Origin: an uncultured Candidatus Saccharibacteria bacterium
GTDB lineage: Bacteria > Patescibacteriota > Minisyncoccia > Phycocordibacterales > GWA1-40-21
Direction of reading: 5' to 3'
Assembly: GCA_964513515.1 (NCBI GenBank)
Contig: CAZEMP010000002.1
Location: forward strand, 82,232-146,231
DNA: 64,000 nt
The notes beneath the pieces are model-generated. The model did no database searches. It was not told where the DNA came from and worked only from the letters and a program-made list of their open reading frames with translations. Of the stretch, positions 42,205 through 51,995 are shown one piece after another. The position numbers and the translations under genes are program-made. Numbering within the stretch: position 1 is the stretch's first letter; each line of letters opens with the position of its first letter.

Positions 42205-43131
42205 ATGCCAGAGCTACCTGAGGTACAAACAACAGCAAGTATATTAAATAAAAAGTTAAAAGGACTTTTTATTTTAGACGTTTGGACAGATTATGATTCC
42301 ACGTTTCACAAAGGTAAAAATAATATAAAGGACAAAAAATATTTCTCTTATTTTAAAAAAGAAATCTTAAATAAAAAAATATTAAGTGTAGAAAGGAGGG
42401 CAAAAAACGTGTTAATCAATGTTTCAGGTAACCCTAATGATGCACGGGCAGGCCATACTATTCTCGTTCATATGAAAATGACAGGTCATCTTTTATACGG
42501 AAAATATAAATTTAAAAACAAAAAATGGTTCCCTCCAATTGATGGGCCACTTTCTGATCCGTTCAACCGTTTCATCCACCTCGCGTTTGTTTTATCTGAT
42601 AGAAATACTTTAGTTTTATCTGACATGAGAAAATTTGCTAAAGTTTTTGTTTTTGATACAGACAAATCTTATAAGACATCTGACCTTGAAAAGCTTGGCC
42701 CAGAGCCACTAGATAAAAGTTTCACGTACAGGATTTTTAAAAATGCACTCAATAAAAAATTAAATGGAAAGATAAAAACCGTTCTTATGGACCAGTCTAT
42801 TATTTCAGGAATAGGGAATATTTATTCTGATGAAGTTTTGTGGATGTCTTGTACTCACCCAGAAACAAAAGTAAAAGATATTACTGAAGAAAAATTAAGA
42901 GTACTTTTTAAAAGTATTATTGATGTATTAAAACACTCCATAAAAGTGGGGGGCGACTCCATGTCGGATTATAGAAATCCTTATGGTGAAAAAGGCGGCT
43001 ATCAAAATATACACAAAGTATACAGAAGAACTGGTGAAAAATGTTTTGTAAAAAATTGTAAAGGAGTGATCAAAAGAATAAAAGTTGGAGGAAGAAGTGC
43101 GCATTATTGCGAAGTTCATCAGAAGAAATAA
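42205..43131 (+). CDS. mutM: Formamidopyrimidine-DNA glycosylase (Fpg/MutM)
   Basis: N-terminal MPELPEV catalytic Pro2 and Glu3. C-terminal zinc finger CxxC...CxxC (CFVKNC...HYCEVHQ). Confidence 0.85.
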   Translation: MPELPEVQTTASILNKKLKGLFILDVWTDYDSTFHKGKNNIKDKKYFSYFKKEILNKKILSVERRAKNVLINVSGNPNDARAGHTILVHMKMTGHLLYGKYKFKNKKWFPPIDGPLSDPFNRFIHLAFVLSDRNTLVLSDMRKFAKVFVFDTDKSYKTSDLEKLGPEPLDKSFTYRIFKNALNKKLNGKIKTVLMDQSIISGIGNIYSDEVLWMSCTHPETKVKDITEEKLRVLFKSIIDVLKHSIKVGGDSMSDYRNPYGEKGGYQNIHKVYRRTGEKCFVKNCKGVIKRIKVGGRSAHYCEVHQKK

Positions 43132-43162
43132 AAAACACCCCGTAAACTTTTTGGGGTGTTTT

Positions 43163-43732
43163 TTATTTACCTAAAATTTTTAAAGCAGCCTTTATTCTTT
43201 CTCCAGTTTTTGTAATTTTTCGATCTACCTCTTTTAGTGCATCTCGTGCATCTTTGGGGTTGTAACCAAGGGATTTTAAACCTTCAAGTGCATCTATCTC
43301 ATCTCTCAAACTTATATCATTTTCTTCTTCCGATATAGATACTTTATCTTTCAACTCCAGAACCATTTTTTCTGCAATCTTTTTTCCTATACCAGAAACT
43401 TTTGTAAGGTGTGATGTGTCACCACTTGAGATCGCTCGCTTAAGTGCAGACACTGAGCTAATATTTAAAACATTTAAAGCGGTTTTTGGGCCAATACCAG
43501 AAATAGAAATTATCATTTCAAAAAATTTTAACTCTTCTTCTGAAAGAAATCCATAAAGATTTAAAGCGTCCTCTCTTACCACAAGATGTGTGAACAAAGA
43601 AATTTTTTCTGATTTTTGTGCACCTTCTTTTGTTTCAAGAGTTGTAAAAATTTTCAATCCAATCCCACCAACTCCAACGGTGAGAAATTTATCATTACTA
43701 TCCCATACTAGGCCTTCAATTTTTGCTATCAT
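43163..43732 (-). CDS. ruvA: Holliday junction branch-migration protein RuvA
   Basis: MIAKIEGLV start, HhH motifs (GIGPKTA, GIGKKIAE) and C-terminal domain III. Confidence 0.9.
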   Translation of the reverse strand: MIAKIEGLVWDSNDKFLTVGVGGIGLKIFTTLETKEGAQKSEKISLFTHLVVREDALNLYGFLSEEELKFFEMIISISGIGPKTALNVLNISSVSALKRAISSGDTSHLTKVSGIGKKIAEKMVLELKDKVSISEEENDISLRDEIDALEGLKSLGYNPKDARDALKEVDRKITKTGERIKAALKILGK

Positions 43733-43995
43733 GTTTAGATTATAGCATAATTTTTTTATCGACCCCCAACACTATTTTTATCAAAAAAGTTTTTCTTGTA
43801 TAGGATATTGGTTTTTTTTCATCAACTCTATCGATTTAACATTAGCCAGTTGAAATAGTGACGGGGTCAACAAAATATAGTCGTAAAATGTCACCTCCTT
43901 ATTTTGTTGATTTTCTCAACTAAAGGTGTTAATGTATAGTCCTATCAAAAAACATCGTGTCTGATTAGTATTTGATTAATAATTAAAATAAATAA

Positions 43996-44268
43996 ATGCC
44001 AATAACATCATCAGCAAAAAAGGCCTTAAGGGTTGCAGATAAGAAAAAGATCTTCAATGTAAGAAGAAACAATGCTATGGAAGGAGCTTTGAAGAGTATA
44101 AAGAAGCTTGTTGCAGCCAAAAAAATAAAGGAAGCAGAAAAGATGCTACCAGAAGTTTATACAGCAATAGATAAAGCAGCAAAGACAAAGTTTATAAAGA
44201 AAAATGCAGCTGCCAGATACAAATCAAGAGTTACACTACTTTTAAACAAATCTAAGGCACAAAAATAA
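43996..44268 (+). CDS. rpsT: 30S ribosomal protein S20
   Basis: MPITSSAKKALRV... with an all-helical Lys/Ala-rich sequence. Confidence 0.85.
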   Translation: MPITSSAKKALRVADKKKIFNVRRNNAMEGALKSIKKLVAAKKIKEAEKMLPEVYTAIDKAAKTKFIKKNAAARYKSRVTLLLNKSKAQK

Positions 44269-44285
44269 AATTACCCCGAAAGGGG

Positions 44286-45029
44286 TTATTTTATTGTATC
44301 CCAAATTATATTAAATTGATCTCGTTGCATATCTACTATACTTTTATTTTCTATAACTATAGTGATGAGCGGATCAACTATTTGAGTAATGACAATTCTA
44401 TTAGGTAGAATAACCAGATTTGCTTTTAAATCTAAATTTTTTTCGAGAATTTTGATTTTTTGATTAGTATTTTGTTCAATTGTTTTGTAATAGTTTGCAT
44501 CTTCGCTGTTTTGTAAGATCGTTCTTATTTTAAGGTTTAATTTGGCTCTTTTTTCAATAAAATTAGCAAAATATACTCTATCTAATGCCAAAAATCTTTG
44601 CATATCAGAAATAATCAAGTATTCATCACCTGGTTTGAGCCCATCAAGTATGTGATCATATACAGTTTTTACACCATTTACGCCTTCATAGTATCGTATA
44701 AGACTCTCACCACTTTTTAAGCTATAAAGTGCTGTAAGTTCCGGAATCATACTTTTAAGCCTATTTTTTTTCAGCTCGATAATATTTTCTAGTTTTTCTG
44801 GATTTTCTGCTACAAAAAGTTTTTTTAATCCTTTTATTTCAACATTCATAATACCTTTTCTTTTTAAGGATTCTATTACCGGATAGACTGTTGTTCTCTT
44901 CACTTCAGAGTGTTTTGCTATTTTATTTACAGTAGATGGACCAATAGTAAGGGATGAAAGGTATACCAAAGCCTCATGTTCGGAAAGTCCAAAATCCATC
45001 AATGTTTCCTTAATATCTACTTTTTGCAT
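44286..45029 (-). CDS. TrmB-family transcriptional regulator (paralog 2)
   Basis: wHTH FGLSEHEALVYLSSLTIGPSTVNKIAKHSEVKRTTVYPVIESLKRKGIM. Confidence 0.65.
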   Translation of the reverse strand: MQKVDIKETLMDFGLSEHEALVYLSSLTIGPSTVNKIAKHSEVKRTTVYPVIESLKRKGIMNVEIKGLKKLFVAENPEKLENIIELKKNRLKSMIPELTALYSLKSGESLIRYYEGVNGVKTVYDHILDGLKPGDEYLIISDMQRFLALDRVYFANFIEKRAKLNLKIRTILQNSEDANYYKTIEQNTNQKIKILEKNLDLKANLVILPNRIVITQIVDPLITIVIENKSIVDMQRDQFNIIWDTIK

Positions 45030-45200
45030 AAAATGTTAATTATTTTGACAACAATATTATTATATAATATAACGCTAAAATAGCAATTTATAAATAAATG
45101 TTAACATATTTGACGTAATTATACAATATATTATTATATATGTACATATCTAAAAGTGTAATTATGGCTATATTTATCAATTAATTTAAAAGTAAAATTT

Positions 45201-46547
45201 ATGAATATAAAAAATACATTACCTAAGGTTATAGGAACAAACAGTAAGATAAGGTTAAAAAATGGTGATAAAGCCAGAGTTGTTCTATTGAACAATGCTG
45301 CAACAACACCCCCTTTTGAATCTACACTCAAAACGGTAAATAAGTTTCTGCAGACTTATGGCGCTCTTCATAGAGGTGCTGGTCCACATGCAAATTTAAC
45401 TTTTAAAAAAGCGGAGGAATCAATAAAAATTATACGTGAATTTCTTGGTGTAAGTGATGATCAGGCATTACTTTTTACTCAAAATACCAGTGCAGCCATA
45501 AATCTTTTTATTAGATTGCTTAATCTAAAAAAGGAGGATGTGATTATAACTTCAATTATTGAACATACATCAAATAATTTACCTTGGAAATACAATACAG
45601 AGGCAACAACTGTATATGTAGATGCCTTCAATGATGGTTCGCTTAATTATCAAGACCTAGAAAAGAAAGTTAGAGAAAATAGTAAAAATTTGAAGCTAAT
45701 TGCAATAACCGGAGCATCAAATCTTACAGGATACATTCCTGATATTGATAGAATTTCTAAACTTGCTCATAAACACAATGCATTATTGTTTATCGATGCA
45801 GCACAACTTGCACCACATCGTCCGATAGATATGAAAAAACAAAGGATAGATGCTTTGGCTTTTTCTGCACATAAAGTTTATGCACCATTCGGATTGGGGG
45901 TACTAGCTTTGCCAAAAAATCTTTTAGACAGATCTCCAGTTGATCCTGGTGGTGGCTCAATAGATATGATCAGTGAAACCTATGTTGTTTGGGCTTCACC
46001 AATTTCTCGTCATCAGACCGGTACTTGGAATGTAACCGGTATTATAGCAACGGCCGCAAGTTGCAAAACAATAATGGACTTTGGTTGGAATAAAATAGTT
46101 GAACATGAAAGAGAATTGGTTCATTATTTAGCAAAAGAACTTCAATCAGTTCCTGACATTACCCTATATGTTCCTGCAGAAAAGTATTTATTGGAGGATC
46201 GTATAGGAACAGTGGTGTTTAATATAAAAGGTTATCATCATGCCTTGATATCTGCGATTTTAGAAAATGAATACGGTATTGAGACTAGAGCAGGTACAAT
46301 ATGTAACCATAGACTCGTTAGACGCTGGTTTAATGTTAGTGATAAAGATCAAAAAGAAATAGAAAAAGAGATATCTGGAGGCAACAAATTAGCTTCTTAT
46401 GGAATTGTTCGCGCAAGTTTGGCGATACATAATAAGAAAAAAGATATTGACGCTCTTGTATCAGCATTAAAATCTATTGTTAAGAATAAAAATAAACTAA
46501 AATACAAAGCAGTACCAAATGAAGAAGTTTATGTTTGCGAAAAGTAA
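45201..46547 (+). CDS. Class-V aminotransferase (cysteine desulfurase / selenocysteine-lyase-like)
   Basis: PLP-fold motifs. Lys in SAHKVYAPFGLG. 448 aa. Confidence 0.7.
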   Translation: MNIKNTLPKVIGTNSKIRLKNGDKARVVLLNNAATTPPFESTLKTVNKFLQTYGALHRGAGPHANLTFKKAEESIKIIREFLGVSDDQALLFTQNTSAAINLFIRLLNLKKEDVIITSIIEHTSNNLPWKYNTEATTVYVDAFNDGSLNYQDLEKKVRENSKNLKLIAITGASNLTGYIPDIDRISKLAHKHNALLFIDAAQLAPHRPIDMKKQRIDALAFSAHKVYAPFGLGVLALPKNLLDRSPVDPGGGSIDMISETYVVWASPISRHQTGTWNVTGIIATAASCKTIMDFGWNKIVEHERELVHYLAKELQSVPDITLYVPAEKYLLEDRIGTVVFNIKGYHHALISAILENEYGIETRAGTICNHRLVRRWFNVSDKDQKEIEKEISGGNKLASYGIVRASLAIHNKKKDIDALVSALKSIVKNKNKLKYKAVPNEEVYVCEK

Positions 46548-46568
46548 TAATTTATTAGATACTTTATA

Positions 46569-47273
46569 TTGAGTATGAAAACAACGAATGTAAAAGCATC
46601 AGATCTAAATTATGATAAATATAGCTCTGATAAATATGATCAAGACATTATAAATTCTATTCCTTATCATAAAGAACTACACGAACACATTTCTGATTAT
46701 ATTAAATCCAGTTTTGACAAAAATAAGGAATATCATATTTTAGATTTAGGAACCGGAACCGGCATAACAGCTAAACTTATTCAGAATTTATTACCACAAT
46801 CAAAAATTGATGCAGTAGATTTTTCTGAACACATGTTAGATGGAGCAAAAAATAAACTAGGAAGTAAAAACGTCAGATATATTATTGGTGATTATTCAAA
46901 TATTAAATTTGATAAGAAATACGACATAATTATTTCTGTTATAGGTATCCATCATCAAAATACAGTGGGGAAGAAAAAACTTTTTAAAAAAATATATTCA
47001 TTATTAAATAAAAATGGAGTATTCATTTTTGGAGATTTGGTAACCTATAAAGATAAATATGAGATAGCAAAAAATAATGCTTTGCATTACCACCATCTCG
47101 TTAAACACTCAGCAGATAAAAAAACACTAACCGAATGGGCATATCATCACATGTTTTTAAACGATCTTTCCCCAATTCAAGATCAAATTGAATGGCTAAG
47201 TAGACTCGGATTTATAGTTAGGAAAGATTTTTTAAAAATAAATACAGCATTGTTAATTTGTAACAAAAAATAA
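46569..47273 (+). CDS. Class I SAM-dependent methyltransferase
   Basis: Motif I ILDLGTGTGITA and motif II IISVIGIHH. Confidence 0.7.
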   Translation: MSMKTTNVKASDLNYDKYSSDKYDQDIINSIPYHKELHEHISDYIKSSFDKNKEYHILDLGTGTGITAKLIQNLLPQSKIDAVDFSEHMLDGAKNKLGSKNVRYIIGDYSNIKFDKKYDIIISVIGIHHQNTVGKKKLFKKIYSLLNKNGVFIFGDLVTYKDKYEIAKNNALHYHHLVKHSADKKTLTEWAYHHMFLNDLSPIQDQIEWLSRLGFIVRKDFLKINTALLICNKK

Positions 47274-47305
47274 AAACCACTCGACCAAGCGGTTTTTATT
47301 TTTTG

Positions 47306-47378
47306 TGCGCCCACGTGGAATCGAACCACGATCAAACCCTTCGCAAGGGTTTATCCTATCCATTGAACGACGGGCGCA
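47306..47378 (-). tRNA. tRNA-Arg (anticodon GCG, unusual)
   Basis: Acceptor GCGCCCG/CGGGCGC, anticodon stem AACCC/GGGTT with loop TTGCGAA, T-loop TTCGATT. Flanked by terminators on both sides. Confidence 0.65.
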
Positions 47379-47451
47379 TTTTTAAATGACGGCGAAACTG
47401 AAGGTTTCGCCGTCATTTAATTTATCATTTACGAAATTAAAAAGCTATTTT

Positions 47452-47913
47452 TTAAAATCCGAGTTTTTCCATTATCTTTTGAGAAAGTGGCTCGTGCATT
47501 TCTACTTCTTGAAGATATTGTAATAGAAACTCTCTAACATCTAGATGGTGATGTTCTTCAAGAGGGATAGATATAAGGGGCATTATCATTTTCTTTGATC
47601 TAAGTAAGATTTTTTGATTGTCTTCATCGGTGTTTTCTACCCAAAACGCTTCAAGTGTTGCAAAAGGATACAGATCTTTATCCATCGAAATTCCTTTTTG
47701 ATTTATACTTATTATAACTATTTTTGGTTCAAGTACAGAAAAAGATATAAGTATTGATGTAGAAATTATAATTAATATTGCAAAAAGTACATTATGTAAT
47801 ATGAAAGATATTACAACCATTGCCAAAGAAATGAGTATTACAGCCCAGTACCAGTCTGCAGTTTTTTCTTTTCTTTTATACTCGAGCGCTTTCCAAGAGA
47901 TTTTCTTTTCCAT
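47452..47913 (-). CDS. Hypothetical membrane protein
   Basis: Two N-terminal transmembrane helices. 153 aa. Confidence 0.4.
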   Translation of the reverse strand: MEKKISWKALEYKRKEKTADWYWAVILISLAMVVISFILHNVLFAILIIISTSILISFSVLEPKIVIISINQKGISMDKDLYPFATLEAFWVENTDEDNQKILLRSKKMIMPLISIPLEEHHHLDVREFLLQYLQEVEMHEPLSQKIMEKLGF

Positions 47914-47941
47914 AAAATAATTATACCAAATATTTATTAAA

Positions 47942-48727
47942 ATGATACAATATCGTGATATGGCAAATAAAAAATTGATCGTAGCAAACTGGAAAATGAA
48001 TCCAAAATCTGCAGAGGGCGCAAAAGATATAATAAACGATCTAAAAAAGAAGTCTAAAAATCTTAAAGATGCACGTTTGATTGTTTGTCCCCCATTTATT
48101 TTTCTAAATGAAGTATCAAATATGATATCTTCATCAAGAAAAATATTTCTAGGAGCTCAAGACGTATTTGTTGGTGATGGAGGGTCTCACACAGGAGAAG
48201 TGGGCATAAAATTATTAAAATCAGCGGGTGTAAAATATATTTTAGTTGGACATTCAGAGCGCAGGGCTACACTTGATACAAATGAAGTTGTAAGAGAAAA
48301 AATGTTGGAATCTTTGAAAGAGGGTTTTAAGGTAATATTGTGTGTTGGAGAGAAAGAAAGAAATGATCATGGAGGACATTATCATGATGTAAAAAAGGAA
48401 CTTTCTGATGCAATAGTAAAATTACCTAAAAAATTGATTAAAAATCTCATCATTGCTTATGAACCAGTATGGGCAATTGGCAAATCTGAGGAAGATGCAT
48501 TGAAACCAGACCAACTTCATGAGATGACTATTTTTATAAAAAGATTGGTAAGTGATATTTTGGGAGCAAAAGAAGTTGAAAAGGTTAAAATACTATACGG
48601 AGGCTCTGTTACAAGAAATAATGCTAAAGAAATAATTGAAGCAGGTAAAGTGGACGGACTTTTAGTAGGAAGAGAGAGTTTGAAACTTGATAATTTCTGG
48701 GAATTAATTAAAGAAATAAGGAACTAG
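47942..48727 (+). CDS. tpiA: Triosephosphate isomerase
   Basis: VANWKMN, catalytic YEPVWAIG and GGSV motifs. Confidence 0.9.
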   Translation: MIQYRDMANKKLIVANWKMNPKSAEGAKDIINDLKKKSKNLKDARLIVCPPFIFLNEVSNMISSSRKIFLGAQDVFVGDGGSHTGEVGIKLLKSAGVKYILVGHSERRATLDTNEVVREKMLESLKEGFKVILCVGEKERNDHGGHYHDVKKELSDAIVKLPKKLIKNLIIAYEPVWAIGKSEEDALKPDQLHEMTIFIKRLVSDILGAKEVEKVKILYGGSVTRNNAKEIIEAGKVDGLLVGRESLKLDNFWELIKEIRN

Positions 48728-48810
48728 CCTGTAGAAAATAACTTTTTAGCTTATTAGGGAATAAGACAAATTCAAGAATGGATTTTGCTTTGCAAAATCC
48801 GTTCTCGAAT

Positions 48811-48892
48811 TGTCATTCCCGAGAAGGCGGGAATCCAGAATTAATTAAATTAAACCTAGATTCCCGCCTGCGCGGGAATGACAATCGCTTAT
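48811..48892. repeat. Palindromic MITE-like repeat, copy 4
   Basis: GTCATTCCCGAGAAGGCGGGAATCCAGAATTAATT...CTAGATTCCCGCCTGCGCGGGAATGACA. Confidence 0.6.
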
Positions 48893-50662
48893 GCTATAAT
48901 CCATTTTATGAATAATTATTCGGTCAGAGAGGAAATCCCAGAAAAAGCTGCAAAGGAATTAGGAAAATATCCAAAGATTTTAAGCAAACTTCTATATTAC
49001 AGAGGAATAGAAACAGAAAAAGAAGCTGAATCTTTTCTAAACCCATTTTTTGAAAATAATTACGATCCATATTTGATGTTTAATATGGATAAAGCAGTAG
49101 AGAGAATATTAAGAGCGATAGAAAATAAACAAAAGATAGTTATATACAGCGATTATGATTCTGACGGGATCCCAGGAGCTGTAATATTGCATGATTTTTT
49201 TAAAAAAATTGGCTATGACAATTTCGAAAACTATATTCCACATAGAGTTCTTGAGGGTTTTGGCCTCAACGACGATGCTATAGAAATATTTGCAAAAAAT
49301 GACGTAAATTTAATCATTACTATTGATTGTGGCATCGCAGATGTTGAGGAAGCAGAAAAAATTAAAAAACATAAGATAGATTTGATCATCGTCGATCACC
49401 ACCTACCTAGAATATCTGGAGATGATAAAGAACAGCTACCATATGCATATGCCATTATAGACAATAAGCAGTCTGGCTCGAATTATCCTGACAAAAATCT
49501 CTGTGCTTCTGGTGTAACCTTTAAACTTGTGCAAGCTTTGACGAAAAAAATTCAAATGGGTCCCTCGGGTTGCCTCGGGACGACTGGATTACCAGTCGGC
49601 TGGGAAAAGTGGTTACTCGATATGGTCGCTATAGCTACTGTTTCTGATATGGTACCGCTTGTGGGAGAGAATAGAATACTTGCATATTATGGTTTAAAAG
49701 TTTTGAGAAAATCTCCTAGGCCAGGACTTCAAAGATTACTCTCTCTTATAAAAATAGATCAAAAAAATATTACAGAAGATGATATAGGTTTTATGATTTC
49801 TCCTCGCATAAATGCCGCCTCAAGGATGGGAGTTCCAGAAGATGCTTTTAAGATGCTTACGACAAAAGATGAAAATGAAGCATTGAAATATGCAGTCCAT
49901 CTAAATAAAATCAATGATGAAAGAAAGGGGGTAGTGGCGTCAATGGTGAAAGAAATAAAAAAGCATTGGAAAGAATTTGATCCAGAGAAAAAAAGGAAAG
50001 TACTTGTTGCGGGGAATCCAGATTGGAAACCTTCTTTGCTCGGGCTCGTTGCCACATCTCTTATGGATGAGCACGATGGACCGGTATTTCTCTGGGGACG
50101 AGAGGAAGGGAAGACTTTGAAAGGCTCCTGTAGATCTGACGGCTGTGTAAATATTGTAGAGATGATGAGAAACGCTTCCCATTTATTTATTGAGTCTGGA
50201 GGTCACACAGGAGCCGGTGGTTTTTCTATCGAATTGGAAAAAGTGGACTTACTTGCTGATGGGCTTGAAGCTTCATATCAAAAACTAAGCACGATTGAAG
50301 AGAAAAATAATAAAGAGGTAGTGGCAGATGCTCTAATAACCATAGATGATGTAAATAAAGATTTGGAGAAACAAGTAAGCGTACTTGCACCTTTCGGCAT
50401 GAACAATCCTAAACCTATTTTTGCATTAAAGGATTTGGAAATACATGAAGCAAAAGTTTTTGGAAAGAAAAATAATCATTTAAAAATAGATTTTAAAAAT
50501 AAAAAAGGAGGTAAAATTTCTGCAATTGCTTTTTTTAAGAAACCCGGAGATTTTGCTGTTAAGGTTGAAAAAGGAGAAAAAATAGATTTAATTGCCAATT
50601 TGGAAAAAAGTTTCTTTTTGGGTAGAGAGGAATTGAGGCTTAGAATAATCGATGTTATATAA
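48878..50662 (+). CDS. recJ: Single-stranded-DNA-specific exonuclease RecJ
   Basis: DHH motifs (IYSDYDSDGIPG, DHH at LIIVDHH) and a DHHA1 C-terminus. The true start is probably internal (MNNYSV..) because the annotated 5-prime end overlaps the MITE. Confidence 0.8.
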   Translation: MTIAYAIIHFMNNYSVREEIPEKAAKELGKYPKILSKLLYYRGIETEKEAESFLNPFFENNYDPYLMFNMDKAVERILRAIENKQKIVIYSDYDSDGIPGAVILHDFFKKIGYDNFENYIPHRVLEGFGLNDDAIEIFAKNDVNLIITIDCGIADVEEAEKIKKHKIDLIIVDHHLPRISGDDKEQLPYAYAIIDNKQSGSNYPDKNLCASGVTFKLVQALTKKIQMGPSGCLGTTGLPVGWEKWLLDMVAIATVSDMVPLVGENRILAYYGLKVLRKSPRPGLQRLLSLIKIDQKNITEDDIGFMISPRINAASRMGVPEDAFKMLTTKDENEALKYAVHLNKINDERKGVVASMVKEIKKHWKEFDPEKKRKVLVAGNPDWKPSLLGLVATSLMDEHDGPVFLWGREEGKTLKGSCRSDGCVNIVEMMRNASHLFIESGGHTGAGGFSIELEKVDLLADGLEASYQKLSTIEEKNNKEVVADALITIDDVNKDLEKQVSVLAPFGMNNPKPIFALKDLEIHEAKVFGKKNNHLKIDFKNKKGGKISAIAFFKKPGDFAVKVEKGEKIDLIANLEKSFFLGREELRLRIIDVI

Positions 50663-50724
50663 GTATATTTTTACTTGCGAATTGCTTGAATTTAAGTTAA
50701 ATTAGTCTCTGTTTGGATATATTT

Positions 50725-50811
50725 GGAAGAGTGGCTGAGTGGTTTAAAGCACCGGTCTTGAAAACCGGAGGGCTCGAAAGGGTCCCGTGAGTTCGAATCT
50801 CACCTCTTCCG
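50725..50811 (+). tRNA. tRNA-Ser (anticodon TGA)
   Basis: Acceptor GGAAGAG/CTCTTCC, anticodon loop CTTGAAA, long variable arm, T-arm GTGAG-TTCGAAT-CTCAC. Confidence 0.85.
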
Positions 50812-50868
50812 CATTATCAAAAAACATCGATTTGTATCGGTGTTTTTTTGATAAATATTTGGCAGATT

Positions 50869-51001
50869 TGGAGATTCGAACGGCGGAGCACACGAAGCGA
50901 AGCGGAGTCTGTTGCAAGCTTGCAACAGGTGCGAGCCGGTGCCCAGACAAAACTTTTTGACGAAAAAGTTTTAGTCGCGGGCGAATCTCACCTCTTCCGC
51001 A
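50869..51001 (+). repeat. tRNA-3-prime-end-mimicking structured element downstream of tRNA-Ser (copy B)
   Basis: GGAGATTCGAACGGCGG (T-arm stem with complemented loop) ... TTGCAAGCTTGCAA ... GGTGCCCAGACAAAA ... AAAACTTTTT-GACG-AAAAAGTTTT hairpin ... TTTTAGTCGCGGGCG ... direct copy GAATCTCACCTCTTCCGCA of the tRNA-Ser 3-prime end plus flank. Collinear with copy A. Confidence 0.65.
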
Positions 51002-51093
51002 AATTTATTTCTTATCTATTAGGCGTCGATAAAATTGGAATTGTCTAATAATATACAGCTTTATTTTTTCTTTTTACGTAGTATGATGGGAGC

Positions 51094-51870
51094 ATGTCAA
51101 AATATCTAGGTATAGATTATGGAGAAAAAAGGGTGGGCATTGCTATTTCTGATATAGAAGGAAGAGTGGCTTTTCCTAAAATAGTATTGGAAAATAATAC
51201 TGAATTGATAAATAAAATATCAGATTTATGCAATGAATCTGAAGTTGGCGCTGTTGTTATTGGAGAATCTAAAGATTATAAAGGAGAAGATAATAAAATA
51301 AGTCCTAAGATTATTTTTTTTAAGAGGGAGCTCTCATCTGTTATAAAACTACCATTTTTTCTTGAGCCAGAATTTATGACTTCAATGCAGGTAGAGAAAA
51401 CTTTTGGAAAAACAGATATGCTCGACGCTTCCGCCGCTTCTATTATATTGCAGACATTTCTTGATAAGGAAAAAAACAGACAAGAATCAAAAAAAAGGAT
51501 AGAAGAAGAAAAGAAAAAAAGTGAGATTGTGATTGCAAACCCAAAAATAAATTATGATGATTTTGAGAAAGTAGAAATGAAAGTTGGAAAAATACTTTCA
51601 GTTGAGGCCGTTCCCGGTTCTGACAAACTTTATAAATTGTTTGTAGACTTTGCAGAGGGAGAACCAAGGCAGATTATTTCAGGAATTGCTAAATATTTTT
51701 CAGATTCACAATCCCTTATAAACAAGAAAGTTGTTTTTGTAACAAACTTAGAGCCCAGATCTCTTATGGGACTTTTAAGTAACGGAATGATACTTGCTGC
51801 TAAGTCTGAAGACAAACTCGCACTTTTAGAAGTACCAGATTTTATAAAAGAAGGAACACAACTAGGATAA
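51094..51870 (+). CDS. ruvX: RuvX/YqgF Holliday-junction-resolvase-like nuclease fused to a C-terminal tRNA-binding (Trbp111/CsaA-type OB) domain
   Basis: N-terminal YLGIDYGEKRVGIA (YqgF/RNase-H fold). C-terminal EMKVGKILSVEAVPGSDKLYKLFVDFAEG...ISGI matches the MetG-C/Trbp111 tRNA-binding domain. Confidence 0.7.
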   Translation: MSKYLGIDYGEKRVGIAISDIEGRVAFPKIVLENNTELINKISDLCNESEVGAVVIGESKDYKGEDNKISPKIIFFKRELSSVIKLPFFLEPEFMTSMQVEKTFGKTDMLDASAASIILQTFLDKEKNRQESKKRIEEEKKKSEIVIANPKINYDDFEKVEMKVGKILSVEAVPGSDKLYKLFVDFAEGEPRQIISGIAKYFSDSQSLINKKVVFVTNLEPRSLMGLLSNGMILAAKSEDKLALLEVPDFIKEGTQLG

Positions 51871-51880
51871 TATAAAAATA

Positions 51881-51995
51881 TTTGTCCCGTTGTAAATTAC
51901 GAGATGAGTCGATAGAAAAAGATAAAAGGTAGATTAAGATTAATAATAAATAAGTCGATAAAAATTAGAAGCACTAAAATTTTACAACTGGGATG
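51881..51995 (+). promoter_or_regulatory. Conserved structured leader of about 115 nt, copy 1 (upstream of dedA)
   Basis: TTGTCCCG..TTGTAAATTACGAGATGAGTCGATAG...AAAATTAGAAGC..TAAAATTTTACAACTGGGATG is repeated at 54875-55007. A long-range GTTGTAAAT/ATTTTACAAC pairing encloses the element, and it ends at the start codon. Confidence 0.45.
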
